A stretch of 64,000 nucleotides of DNA, taken from a bacterium. GTDB taxonomy: Bacteria; UBA8248; JACPRG01; G963555815. The position numbers were made by a program, and so were the translations under genes. The stretch is from assembly GCA_965218795.1 (NCBI GenBank), contig OZ244653.1:736001-800000 (forward strand). The letters are read 5' to 3'. Numbering within the stretch: the stretch's first letter is position 1; each line of letters starts with the position of its first letter. The notes under the pieces are model-generated. The model searched no databases. It was not told the origin of the DNA and worked only from the letters and a program-made list of their open reading frames with translations. This document shows positions 51,573 to 60,129 of this stretch, piece after piece.

Positions 51573-52763
51573 TTACGGTGGTTGATCAGCGTCGCGTCGC
51601 TTTCCTTGCGCAGAACGGTCAAGGTCCGTGACCTTGCGGAAGTGGGGCATGACTTCCGAGGCGAACATCTCAAGATTCTTGCGGGCGAGGTCGTGGGGCA
51701 GGCTGCCGAAGTGAAGCACCGCCACCAGCAGACCGAAGCCCGACTCTTTCTGGCATTCCTCCAGTTGTTGCCGCACGGTCTCCGCGCTTCCGACCAGGAT
51801 CATCCGCTTCTCCAGAAGATCGCGCGGCACAGTCCTCTTGCTCTGGGTCTTGAGCTTGTCCCCCAGGATCCGCGCCATCGATTTTTCGGAAACGTAACCC
51901 GGGGGGAAGAGGAGGTGGGGGGTCGTCTGAAGGTACCGGTTGAAAAGGCAGTCGATGTGCGGCTCGGCCTCTTTCCAGGCGATCTCGTCCGTCTCGGCGA
52001 CGTAGATCGGGGCGGACCAGCCCAGCTGCTCGGGTTCGGCTTCGTATCCGCTTTTCCGCGCCTCTTCCTTGTACTCCTCATGGAGCGTCCTGACGTGGGA
52101 GAAGGGGCTGTAGATCTGGATGTAGGGATGCCGGTTTCGGGCAGCGAAGGAGATCGTTTCCGCGCTCCCCATGGATGGCATCCAGATGGGCGGGCAGGGC
52201 TTCTGGTAAGGACGCGGCCAGGTGTTGACGCAGCGGAAGTTGTAGTGCTTCCCCTCGAAGGCGAACGGGCCCGGCTCGGTCCAGGCGCGAATGATCAAGT
52301 CCAGGGCCTCGTAGAACCGGTCGCGCGAGGTCGTCGGGTCCATGCTGAACGCGGTGAACTCGGTCCCGATGCCGCGCACGACACCGGAGACGATTCGCCC
52401 TTGGGTGATCACGTCCAGCATGGCCACTTCCTCGGCCACGCGAAGGGGGTGGTTGCGCAGGTTGATGGCGTTTCCGAGGATCGCGATCCTGGCCCGGGAG
52501 GTCCGGCGGGCGAGGGCGGCCGCGATGATGTTGGGCGCGGGCATCAGGCCGTAGCAGGTCTGGTGATGCTCGTTGACGCAAATGGCGTCGAAGCCCAGCT
52601 CGTCGGCTCTCTCTAGAATGTCCAGGTAGGTGTTGTAGAGCTCATGCCCGAGCTCGGGGTCGTAATAATGGTTGGGGAGGGTGGCCCACGAGGAATCGTG
52701 CTTTTCGAGGTAATCCTCGGGCATATGGATATACGGCATCAGGTGAAAGTAACAGAACAGCAT
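51573..52763 (-). CDS. LLM-class flavin monooxygenase
   Basis: ADELGFDAICVNEHH, HPLRVAEEVAMLD, WPRPYQKP. Confidence 0.9.
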   Translation of the reverse strand: MLFCYFHLMPYIHMPEDYLEKHDSSWATLPNHYYDPELGHELYNTYLDILERADELGFDAICVNEHHQTCYGLMPAPNIIAAALARRTSRARIAILGNAINLRNHPLRVAEEVAMLDVITQGRIVSGVVRGIGTEFTAFSMDPTTSRDRFYEALDLIIRAWTEPGPFAFEGKHYNFRCVNTWPRPYQKPCPPIWMPSMGSAETISFAARNRHPYIQIYSPFSHVRTLHEEYKEEARKSGYEAEPEQLGWSAPIYVAETDEIAWKEAEPHIDCLFNRYLQTTPHLLFPPGYVSEKSMARILGDKLKTQSKRTVPRDLLEKRMILVGSAETVRQQLEECQKESGFGLLVAVLHFGSLPHDLARKNLEMFASEVMPHFRKVTDLDRSAQGKRRDADQPP

Positions 52764-53167
52764 GTCGCGGGCCTGCCCCTGTCCACAAAGAGAAGTTGAG
52801 GTTACGCTCGTAAAAGTCTACCCGTGTGGATGGGTTGGGGCAACCTTGGAGTCGCCGGACTCGATTTTCAGCGCTTCAACGGCAGCCGAATAATCTCATT
52901 TCAAACTGCGGCGGCCAGTGACCCAAAGCCGCCGGATTGTCATTTTTTCGCTCCCGACAGGCCAGTGCTTGATCCTTTGTTGCAATTTGTCCCATTTGAT
53001 CCCTGTCTGGGGCTTGCCAACTTCAACTTGGGTCCTGGGACCGGATTGGGCGTAAAATCTTCGAGGAGGCTGAAGTGTCGGGAAGGCGTCAAGGAGGCCC
53101 CCAGTCCCCATCGGCTGAGCCGTTGCCGACCGTATCAACCGGGTCGCCTACTTCCCGCGAATACCTG

Positions 53168-53854
53168 ATGAATCGGATGAGAGGAGAAACCGGATTGACG
53201 GCTGACGAGAAACAAGCCCGCGAAGTGGTTGAGGAGTTCGTGATCCCGAGGGGGTCGGCGAAAGCGTTCTTTCTCCGGAAGGGTCACGTCTTGCGCATCA
53301 CGGCTCACGAGGGGAAGCAGGTAGCGGACGTCAAATTCATCAATGCTCACGATACCAGGGAGCAGGTTTGCGCCTGGTGGTCATCCTGTCTCAACTCTGA
53401 GCGTCCGAGCGGCGAGATTCTCGGAGGCACAAAGAGAATCACGGAGCTTTACTCGAAACCGCCCTGGGAACGGGTGATGCTTCGCGTCATCGATGACAAG
53501 GTGGGCGACCATCTCTTCAACGGGTCGTGTTCGCCGAAGGTCCGGGAGCTGATGCCGGGAGACGAGTATCTGGGCGACAAGACGTGCGTCGAGCTTTTCG
53601 CGGAATGCCTGAAGCCGCATGGGATCGGCCTTGAGGATCTCGATGGCTCCGGCACTTTCAACGTGTTCATGCCCGTGCGCTTCAAGGATGACGAAAACGG
53701 CACCTGGGTGTTTCTTCCGCCGTCATGCGAAAAGGGCGACTCCATAGAGTTCCTGGCGGAGATGGACATCCTGGTGGCCGCCACCTCATGCCCCCAGGTC
53801 AACATCATCAACGACTTCGACCCAAAGGCGATGAAGTACGAGATCCTGATCTGA
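53168..53854 (+). CDS. DUF1989 / urea-carboxylase-associated family protein
   Basis: EGKQVADV, FNVFMPV, GDSIEFLAEMDILVAATSCP; start uncertain. Confidence 0.82.
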   Translation: MNRMRGETGLTADEKQAREVVEEFVIPRGSAKAFFLRKGHVLRITAHEGKQVADVKFINAHDTREQVCAWWSSCLNSERPSGEILGGTKRITELYSKPPWERVMLRVIDDKVGDHLFNGSCSPKVRELMPGDEYLGDKTCVELFAECLKPHGIGLEDLDGSGTFNVFMPVRFKDDENGTWVFLPPSCEKGDSIEFLAEMDILVAATSCPQVNIINDFDPKAMKYEILI

Positions 53855-54151
53855 CGCGGTTCACGAGAGACGTTGCGTCTTGGCCATGTCTCGGCGGTCG
53901 AGTCTCGGTATCTGCGCGCCAGGACGGCGCATTGGGGCAGGGCGCTACCTGTTCATGGAGGCTCAGGGCTTTTTCACCCGACCGTTCCGCAGGCGAGCCA
54001 TTCAATCCCCGCGTGAACGACAACGGAATCGGCATTGGGCCGTATCCTGCAAAGGCGGAAATCAGGACGAAAAAGAGGGCATAAGCGTATGTAAGGATGG
54101 TGTCCCTTATATCTTAGAATTGCCTGGCGATGAATTTAAGCTACAATTGTA

Positions 54152-55300
54152 ATGAGCAAAATGGGAGGATTGATTATGTCCGCAGAACCACCCAGCAAAG
54201 GGCTTCACCTTCCCAGTCTGTCGGTCAAGGGCTTGCGCGGGATTGCAGACCTCTTGATTCCGCGACTGGGCCGCGTGACGCTGATTGTCGGGAAGAACGG
54301 GGTCGGCAAGACCACTCTGCTTGATGCCGTCCGCATCTATGCCGCGCGCGGCAGGTATTCCGTCCTCACGAGCATATTACAGAACAGGGAAGAGCTTATT
54401 ACCGTTGTTGATGAGGACGGTGATGAGATATCTGCGCCCGATTATGAGGCGTTGTTCCATGGCCGCCGCGCCTCGACGGATTCCCGCATATCAGTCGGCC
54501 CGGAGGAGCCGTCACAGCAACTCAGTATCAAGTATGACACGGGGCCATTATTGAAACAGAGAACCTTGTTATCCGAGGATTCCCCGAACGGTGATGAGCC
54601 GATGCTCAAGATTGAATTCCAAGGCATACAGCAAGAAATTCCTGTACGCTCCTTCTTCCGTGAATCGCATTTACTACGCCACCAATATCGCAGGTTTCGG
54701 GATGATGAATCGGAACGTCCGTCTGAGATTCGATGCCTGTCTTTGGGTCCGAGTTTGCCGACCAACGCTGATATAACGCGGTTCTGGGACAGCGTAGCGC
54801 TTACGGATGATGAAGACCGCGCGGTACAAGCACTTCAGTTGATTTACGACGATGAAGTAAGTCGTGTCGCAGTGGTTGATGACGATAGACGGCCGCGTTA
54901 CGGCCGGCGGGCGGTTGTGAAAATCAACGGGCAAGATCGTCCCATTCCTCTGAAAAGCCTCGGAGATGGAGCAGTACGTTTGTTCGGCGTCGCCTTGGCT
55001 CTCGCCAACAGCCAGGACGGTTTTCTGGTTATCGACGAAACGGAAAACGGTATCCATCATTCGGTGCAGCGCGATTTCTGGAAGATGGTTATGCGAACGG
55101 CGCACGAGAACAACGTGCAGGTTCTCGCAACCACGCACGGCTGGGATTGCGTAGCGGGTTTTGCGCGAGCGGCAACGGAATCAGAGCAAGTGGAAGGCGC
55201 TCTCGTTCGCCTTGAGAGGAACGACGACGGAATTCGCGCGGTGGGGTATTCCGAAGAAGATCTCCGAGTCGCAGCCGAGCAAGGCATTGAAGTCAGATAG
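54152..55300 (+). CDS. AAA_15/AAA_21 ABC-type ATPase
   Basis: GKNGVGKT Walker A, SLGDG signature, VIDETENGIH Walker B, ATTH. Confidence 0.9.
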   Translation: MSKMGGLIMSAEPPSKGLHLPSLSVKGLRGIADLLIPRLGRVTLIVGKNGVGKTTLLDAVRIYAARGRYSVLTSILQNREELITVVDEDGDEISAPDYEALFHGRRASTDSRISVGPEEPSQQLSIKYDTGPLLKQRTLLSEDSPNGDEPMLKIEFQGIQQEIPVRSFFRESHLLRHQYRRFRDDESERPSEIRCLSLGPSLPTNADITRFWDSVALTDDEDRAVQALQLIYDDEVSRVAVVDDDRRPRYGRRAVVKINGQDRPIPLKSLGDGAVRLFGVALALANSQDGFLVIDETENGIHHSVQRDFWKMVMRTAHENNVQVLATTHGWDCVAGFARAATESEQVEGALVRLERNDDGIRAVGYSEEDLRVAAEQGIEVR

Positions 55301-55303
55301 CTG

Positions 55304-55951
55304 ATGACAAGCCCGCCTTCGCCGTCATCCGATCGCGTTCTTTTAGTCGAAGGGCCAGACGACAAACACGTGATTTCGCATCTCCGTGAGTGTCATCAAC
55401 TGACGTCGACCTTTTCCATTCTGGACAAGAAAGGCATCGACCAATTGCTCGATTCGATCAACCCCGAAATCAAAGCTCCGGGGCGGCGGGCCGTTGGCAT
55501 TGTCGTGGATGCAAACGACGATTTGAACGCGCGTTGGAATGCTGTCATCGATCGGCTTCGGGGGGCGAACATCCAGGCGCCCCCGTCCCCCAATCCAACC
55601 GGGACAATCATAAACGACGAACCCCGCGTCGGTATCTGGCTGATGCCGGACAACGCCGAGCCCGGCGAACTTGAAAATTTCGTTGTGCGAATGATTCCAT
55701 CCGGTGACCGGGTATGGCCGCTGTCCCAACGCTACATAGACGGTATTCCGACAGCAGAGAGAAAGTTTTCAGAGAGGAAGACAGAGCGAGCCAAACTTCA
55801 TGCCTGGCTGGCGGCCAGGGAGGATCCCAGGCGAATGGGTTCAGCCATTCGTGCGCGTGATTTGGATATTACAGATCCTCTCTGCCAGAAATGCATTGCC
55901 TGGCTTAAGGCACTGTTCGATCAGCCCGTAGGTCGGATTAGCGTAGCGTAA
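55304..55951 (+). CDS. DUF3226-like TOPRIM-fold protein
   Basis: LLVEGPDD, IVVDAND, WLMPDN..GELE, KAKL-like RAKLHAWL; 3 nt after the ATPase stop. Confidence 0.8.
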   Translation: MTSPPSPSSDRVLLVEGPDDKHVISHLRECHQLTSTFSILDKKGIDQLLDSINPEIKAPGRRAVGIVVDANDDLNARWNAVIDRLRGANIQAPPSPNPTGTIINDEPRVGIWLMPDNAEPGELENFVVRMIPSGDRVWPLSQRYIDGIPTAERKFSERKTERAKLHAWLAAREDPRRMGSAIRARDLDITDPLCQKCIAWLKALFDQPVGRISVA

Positions 55952-55993
55952 TCCGACGCATCGCCGTTATTCCCCGACGGCGGTTCCATCCCC

Positions 55994-56244
55994 CCCCACG
56001 CGGGCGATGGCGGCCTGTATCCTTTTCCCGAAGCGAATTAATCAGTTCGCGGTTGGTTTGACGAGGGCCTGCTCCGGCTCTGCCCATCCGGCGGCGGGTC
56101 AACCTCCCGCCTCTCGTGCGCGGGCGGCGGATGCAGCGACCGTCGAATCGACAGGGGAGTAAGAGGCGGGGCATGAGAAAACGGCGTTTCCTTCGAGGGC
56201 GTCGTTTTTTTGGCGTTTCAGCGCCCGTTCACCCCCGGTTTTCC
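55994..56244. repeat. Diverged repeat unit (hsdS 3' tail + linker + hairpin), copy A
   Basis: Alignable by eye to 57825-58072. Confidence 0.75.
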
Positions 56245-56439
56245 ATCGAGAAAATCCCCGGAAATGCAGGCTGAAAACCCTTACGAAAATTGCCGGAAAA
56301 TCTGGGCCCTTTGCAACGGTTTCCGTCCGCATGCAGCCTTATATAGTAAGAATTCGCTGTACGAGACGGACTACCGGCAGCCCGCAGGTCGGATTAGCGT
56401 AGCGTAATCCGGCGGTCTCGCTGATCTCAGGAGAATTGC

Positions 56440-57405
56440 ATGAAGAACATCGTCGTCTGCTGCGACGGAACCGGCAACGAATACGGGCGCAACAACACGA
56501 ACGTCGTGGAAACCTACGTGCTGGCCGTGAAGGATGAGTCGCAGGTCGTGTATTACGACCCGGGCGTCGGCACTGGCGGCTGGGAGTACCACGAGGAGAG
56601 TAGCGTCCTACGAGCGAAAGGCGACCAAGCGACTGGCTACGGGCTCCAAAAGAACGTCGAGGACGCCTACCGCTTTCTGATGGGCTGTTACGAAGACGGC
56701 GACCGCCTGTATCTCTTCGGCTTCAGCCGCGGCGCTTTCACCGTGCGCTCGCTGGCCGGGATGCTCTACAAATGCGGACTGCTCGGGGCGGACGCCGGCA
56801 ACCTCGTCGAGTACGCCGCCAAGCTCTACAACACGGACAACAACGACGAAGTGGCGCAAGGCTTCCGCCGGGAGTTCGGCCGAAAATGCCCTGTCCACTT
56901 CATCGGTGTCTGGGATACTGTGGAGTCGCTGGTGCTGAACGCCGGCAAGCGTTTTCACGACGCCCGACTCAACCCTGAAGTCATCTACGGCTTCCACGCC
57001 CTGGCCATCGACGAGAAGCGCCGCGATTTTCCGCCTTCTCTCTGGAACGAGAGCAACGTTCAGTCACGTCAAACCATCGAGCAGGTCTGGTTCGCGGGCG
57101 TTCATGCGGACGTGGGCGGCTGGTACGACGAACGCGGGCTGTCGAATATCGCCTTGCATTGGATGCTCGGCAAGGCGATGCAGCACGGGTTGCGGGTGGA
57201 CAAGGATAAGCTCACAGAATATCAGCGTGACCCGCATGACGAGATGCATCTGTCGTATACGGGTTTCTGGAAGTTTCGCGGCCAAAGACAGCGCAAGATT
57301 CCACAGGGCGCGATGATCCATGAAAGCGTGTTCAAGCGCCGGGACAATCCGGCCAACCGGTATCAGCCCCGGAATCTGCCGGACGAATACGGTACGGTGA
57401 AGTAG
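56440..57405 (+). CDS. DUF2235 (Tle1-like) alpha/beta hydrolase
   Basis: CCDGTGN, YDPGVGT, FGFSRGA, GVWDTV, AIDEKR, WFAGVHADVGG. Confidence 0.92.
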   Translation: MKNIVVCCDGTGNEYGRNNTNVVETYVLAVKDESQVVYYDPGVGTGGWEYHEESSVLRAKGDQATGYGLQKNVEDAYRFLMGCYEDGDRLYLFGFSRGAFTVRSLAGMLYKCGLLGADAGNLVEYAAKLYNTDNNDEVAQGFRREFGRKCPVHFIGVWDTVESLVLNAGKRFHDARLNPEVIYGFHALAIDEKRRDFPPSLWNESNVQSRQTIEQVWFAGVHADVGGWYDERGLSNIALHWMLGKAMQHGLRVDKDKLTEYQRDPHDEMHLSYTGFWKFRGQRQRKIPQGAMIHESVFKRRDNPANRYQPRNLPDEYGTVK

Positions 57406-57443
57406 GTGACTGTCGGGTTGCGCTCCGCTAACCCGACCTGCGG

Positions 57444-57747
57444 CTATTGGATACTCAAAAGCTCATCTGTCGAAATCTTCGCTTGTTTGAGAATCGCCCT
57501 TAACGTGTCCTCGGGCATATCACCGGGATGGTTGGGGATAGTCGAAAGAATCCCCGGTTTCCTTCAATGCCGGCCGGCCCTGACGTTCGGCCTGGGCTTC
57601 CAGCAGCTTCTTTGCCACGTCGCGGGCAATTTCCAGGGTCTCAGCCACCGTGCGGCCTTGGGCCACCAAGCCGAGGAGCTCGTCCGACATCGCCAAGTAA
57701 ACCCCTTCGGGCAACTTCTCGATATGCAAATTGACGATATGCTCCAT
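57444..57747 (-). pseudogene. hicB-hicA toxin-antitoxin pair fused by an internal deletion
   Basis: HicB-like MEHIVNLHIEKLPEG...GLVAQGRT runs into the HicA C-terminus TIPNHPGDMPEDTLRAILKQA in another frame. Confidence 0.8.
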
Positions 57748-57824
57748 ATTCAAGACCTCGCTTCGCTAACTGCCCTGCGACTTGGTCCCAACCCTTGCTG
57801 GCCGGCGCGACAGCCCGATTTTCA

Positions 57825-58072
57825 CCCCAAACGCGGGAGATGAGAAGCTGAATCTTTTGCTCGAAGCGATCGAGCAGATCCCGGTTGACGGTGACGAGGC
57901 CCTGCTCCGGCTCTGTCCACCCGGAGGTGGGTCAATCTCATCTAGAAGGAAGTAAGGGCCCCCTGATAAGAGGGGCAAGGGGAGGGGGGGATATACCGTG
58001 CATGGTAAAATGGTGCCTCCTTCGAGGAGCACCGTTTTTTGGCGTCTCAGCGTCTGTTCACCCCGATTTTCC
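57825..58072. repeat. Diverged repeat unit (hsdS 3' tail + linker + hairpin), copy B
   Basis: Alignable by eye to 55994-56244. Confidence 0.75.
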
Positions 58073-58303
58073 GTCTGTCTACACCCGGCTTTTCATCGTC
58101 CCTCCACACCCGCGCGATAGTAGCCTGAATTTTCTCGAAACGTTCACCTGCCTGCGCAGGCACTGTGGGCAGGTCAGAATACCCTACAATACCAACCTGG
58201 ATTCGAGGTCGCGAACGGTTCAGCACCCAGAACCGCGCATGCGGTTAAGCGAAGGGCCGAATGGCCCGGAAGCCGGGGGGCATGGTGTAGCGGCAAGCGC
58301 TCC

Positions 58304-58528
58304 TTACGCAAATTCGTACAGAGGCGCCGTACTTGTTGGTTGATGCTCTGTACGCAGCATGACTTCAATTTTGCGAACAGTGTCCGGTTCAAACAGTACG
58401 TCTCCACATACAGAACAAACGTCCGCTGGAACGTGATCAATCACAATCACTTGACCCTGATGACGCACGGTATGCACAACCTTTCGCTCTTCGTATTCTC
58501 CAGGACATCCTTCAATACCGCATTTCAT
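58304..58528 (-). CDS. YgiT/MqsA-type zinc-finger protein (putative antitoxin)
   Basis: MKCGIEGC...VPADVCSVCGD; ATGA overlap with the upstream gene. Confidence 0.85.
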   Translation of the reverse strand: MKCGIEGCPGEYEERKVVHTVRHQGQVIVIDHVPADVCSVCGDVLFEPDTVRKIEVMLRTEHQPTSTAPLYEFA

Positions 58529-58875
58529 GTCAATCGCCTCCTTTGAATCGGCGTTATCCATTTTGGCGGCTTGGGCTCATACACCGTAATGATTATAAGG
58601 ATGGGGCAATCTGTAGTACAAACAACATGAACAGGCCGACCCGCCTCGGTGAAACCATTTAGCAAACAACACGCCCCCCTTCGATGTTGCGCGTAATTCT
58701 CCAAGATATGGCCTTGAGAGATTGCTTCAAGTAATTCATCAAGAACGATATTCTCCTCAACCATCTCTTGTTGGGCATGTTGAGTGAAACGCAGGTTATC
58801 GTCACGATCTTGGCTTAGTATTTTGTCCAGAATCTCGTTCTGGTCGAGGTCACCTGTGTCGACACTCACCAGCAT
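58525..58875 (-). CDS. DUF4258 family protein (putative RNase toxin)
   Basis: FTQHAQQEM, ILENY, RPVHVV, IITVYEP. Confidence 0.85.
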   Translation of the reverse strand: MLVSVDTGDLDQNEILDKILSQDRDDNLRFTQHAQQEMVEENIVLDELLEAISQGHILENYAQHRRGACCLLNGFTEAGRPVHVVCTTDCPILIIITVYEPKPPKWITPIQRRRLT

Positions 58876-58939
58876 ACTCCTTCACTGCAATCTTGCAACA
58901 CAACCAAATCGGCATTTCCGCTAACGTCTTGTCAAGCGT

Positions 58940-59047
58940 CCGAACCGAGAATGCGGTTGGGCGAAGGGCGGAGATGGCAAGCTGAATATTTCGCTCGAAG
59001 CGTTCGAGCAACACGCGGTTGGCTTCAACGAAGGGCTGTTCCGCTTC
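58940..59047 (-). repeat. Third degenerate copy of the hsdS 3' tail
   Basis: Translates as EAEQPFVEANRVLLERFERNIQLAI versus native EAEQALVAVNRELIDRFEKKSQTAI. Confidence 0.75.
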
Positions 59048-59089
59048 AGCCCGCAGGTCGGGTTAGCGGAGCGTAACCCGACAGCCCCG

Positions 59090-59629
59090 CTATTCCCGCC
59101 CAATCCCTTCGCCCAACACCGGCTCCGTACGGCCCCAGTCTCTTGGATAGAGGCCCCGCTGCACGTACCGTCGGAAACTCGAATGCGGCCAGTCACAGGG
59201 CTGCCGGACATATCCGTGTTTCACCGGGTTGTAATGGATATATTCCACATGCTGCCGGTAGTCGGTCTCGTCACGTATGACGTGTTCCCAATACCGCGGC
59301 TGCCATAATGTCGGCGGAGTCCGGTGCGGGTGAGCCGGGACACGCCCGTATTGCAGACGCGGCGGGCAATGCCTGGTCGTCCAGGTTTTGATTAACCGCC
59401 ACCGGGTCGGATAGTCCGCATCCGCGGCCGGCAAGGTCCAGATGCAATGGAGATGATCGGGCAAAACCGCCATCGCGTTGACGGTGAAGGGCCGCTTCCG
59501 GTTGACGTGTTGAAATGCTTGACGCAATACCTCAACGGCCTCTTCGTCGGAGAACAGTTTTCGCCTGCGGGCGGTGACGACGGTGAAGAAGTATGTCCCG
59601 CCGGGGATCAGGGCTCGTCGGTACTGCAT
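59090..59629 (-). CDS. REP-associated tyrosine transposase (RAYT/TnpA-REP)
   Basis: GGTYFFTVVT, LPDHLH (HUH), WQPRYWEH, YIHYNPVKHG; bracketed by inverted REPs. Confidence 0.95.
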   Translation of the reverse strand: MQYRRALIPGGTYFFTVVTARRRKLFSDEEAVEVLRQAFQHVNRKRPFTVNAMAVLPDHLHCIWTLPAADADYPTRWRLIKTWTTRHCPPRLQYGRVPAHPHRTPPTLWQPRYWEHVIRDETDYRQHVEYIHYNPVKHGYVRQPCDWPHSSFRRYVQRGLYPRDWGRTEPVLGEGIGRE

Positions 59630-59849
59630 GGCGTGGGCCGGTTGGGGTTCGTCGGGTTACGCTCCGCTAACCCGACCTACAGTCTGCGTACAACTCTTTG
59701 TTTGCCGCGCAATGCTTTCGGACTTCATCCATCGATCGTACCAGTACCAAGTGTGAGCGACCAGCCCGTAGGTCGGATTAGCGTAGCGTAATCCGACAGT
59801 CTTGCTTTTTGAGGGTTCGCCGCAAGTGTTCTGGTAATCGAGTCTATCG

Positions 59850-60062
59850 TCATCTTAGGCCGATACACATAATCGTCTTCTCGCTGGAGTAAACCTGAAT
59901 TGCCAAACTGTACGACCTTTTGCGAATCTTCTCCAATATAGGAGCAAATTGCTTTTGAAGGGCCTCTTTGCCCAACGAAGCACGTAATAGCTTGCCTTCA
60001 TCAACGTTGGCTATGGCCTCCGACAAATCCTGCAACTGCTGTATCGATTCGTTGCTCACCAT
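59850..60062 (-). pseudogene. Short ORF, probable truncated cargo gene between REPs
   Basis: AAGGGAG RBS plus ATG, lower GC, no recognisable family. Confidence 0.35.
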
Positions 60063-60129
60063 CAGAAAACTCCCTTCTCGCTCATCCCGTAGGTCGGGTT
60101 AGCGGAGCGTAACCCGACGCTTCGCCACA

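Larger units (their letters stand above)
55928..60118. repeat. Seven GTAG-type REP palindromes (30 bp)
   Basis: G(T/C)AG-GTCGG(A/G)TTA-GCG(T/G)AGCG-TAA(T/C)CCGAC at 55928+, 56384+, 57412-57441-, 59053+, 59651-59680-, 59768+ and 60089+. Confidence 0.92.

Noticed and set aside
55928-60118. 30-bp palindromic repeats as a CRISPR array or attC sites
   Set aside because: Irregular spacing, both orientations, GTAG tetranucleotide and an adjacent RAYT identify them as REPs; no cas or intI gene in the window.
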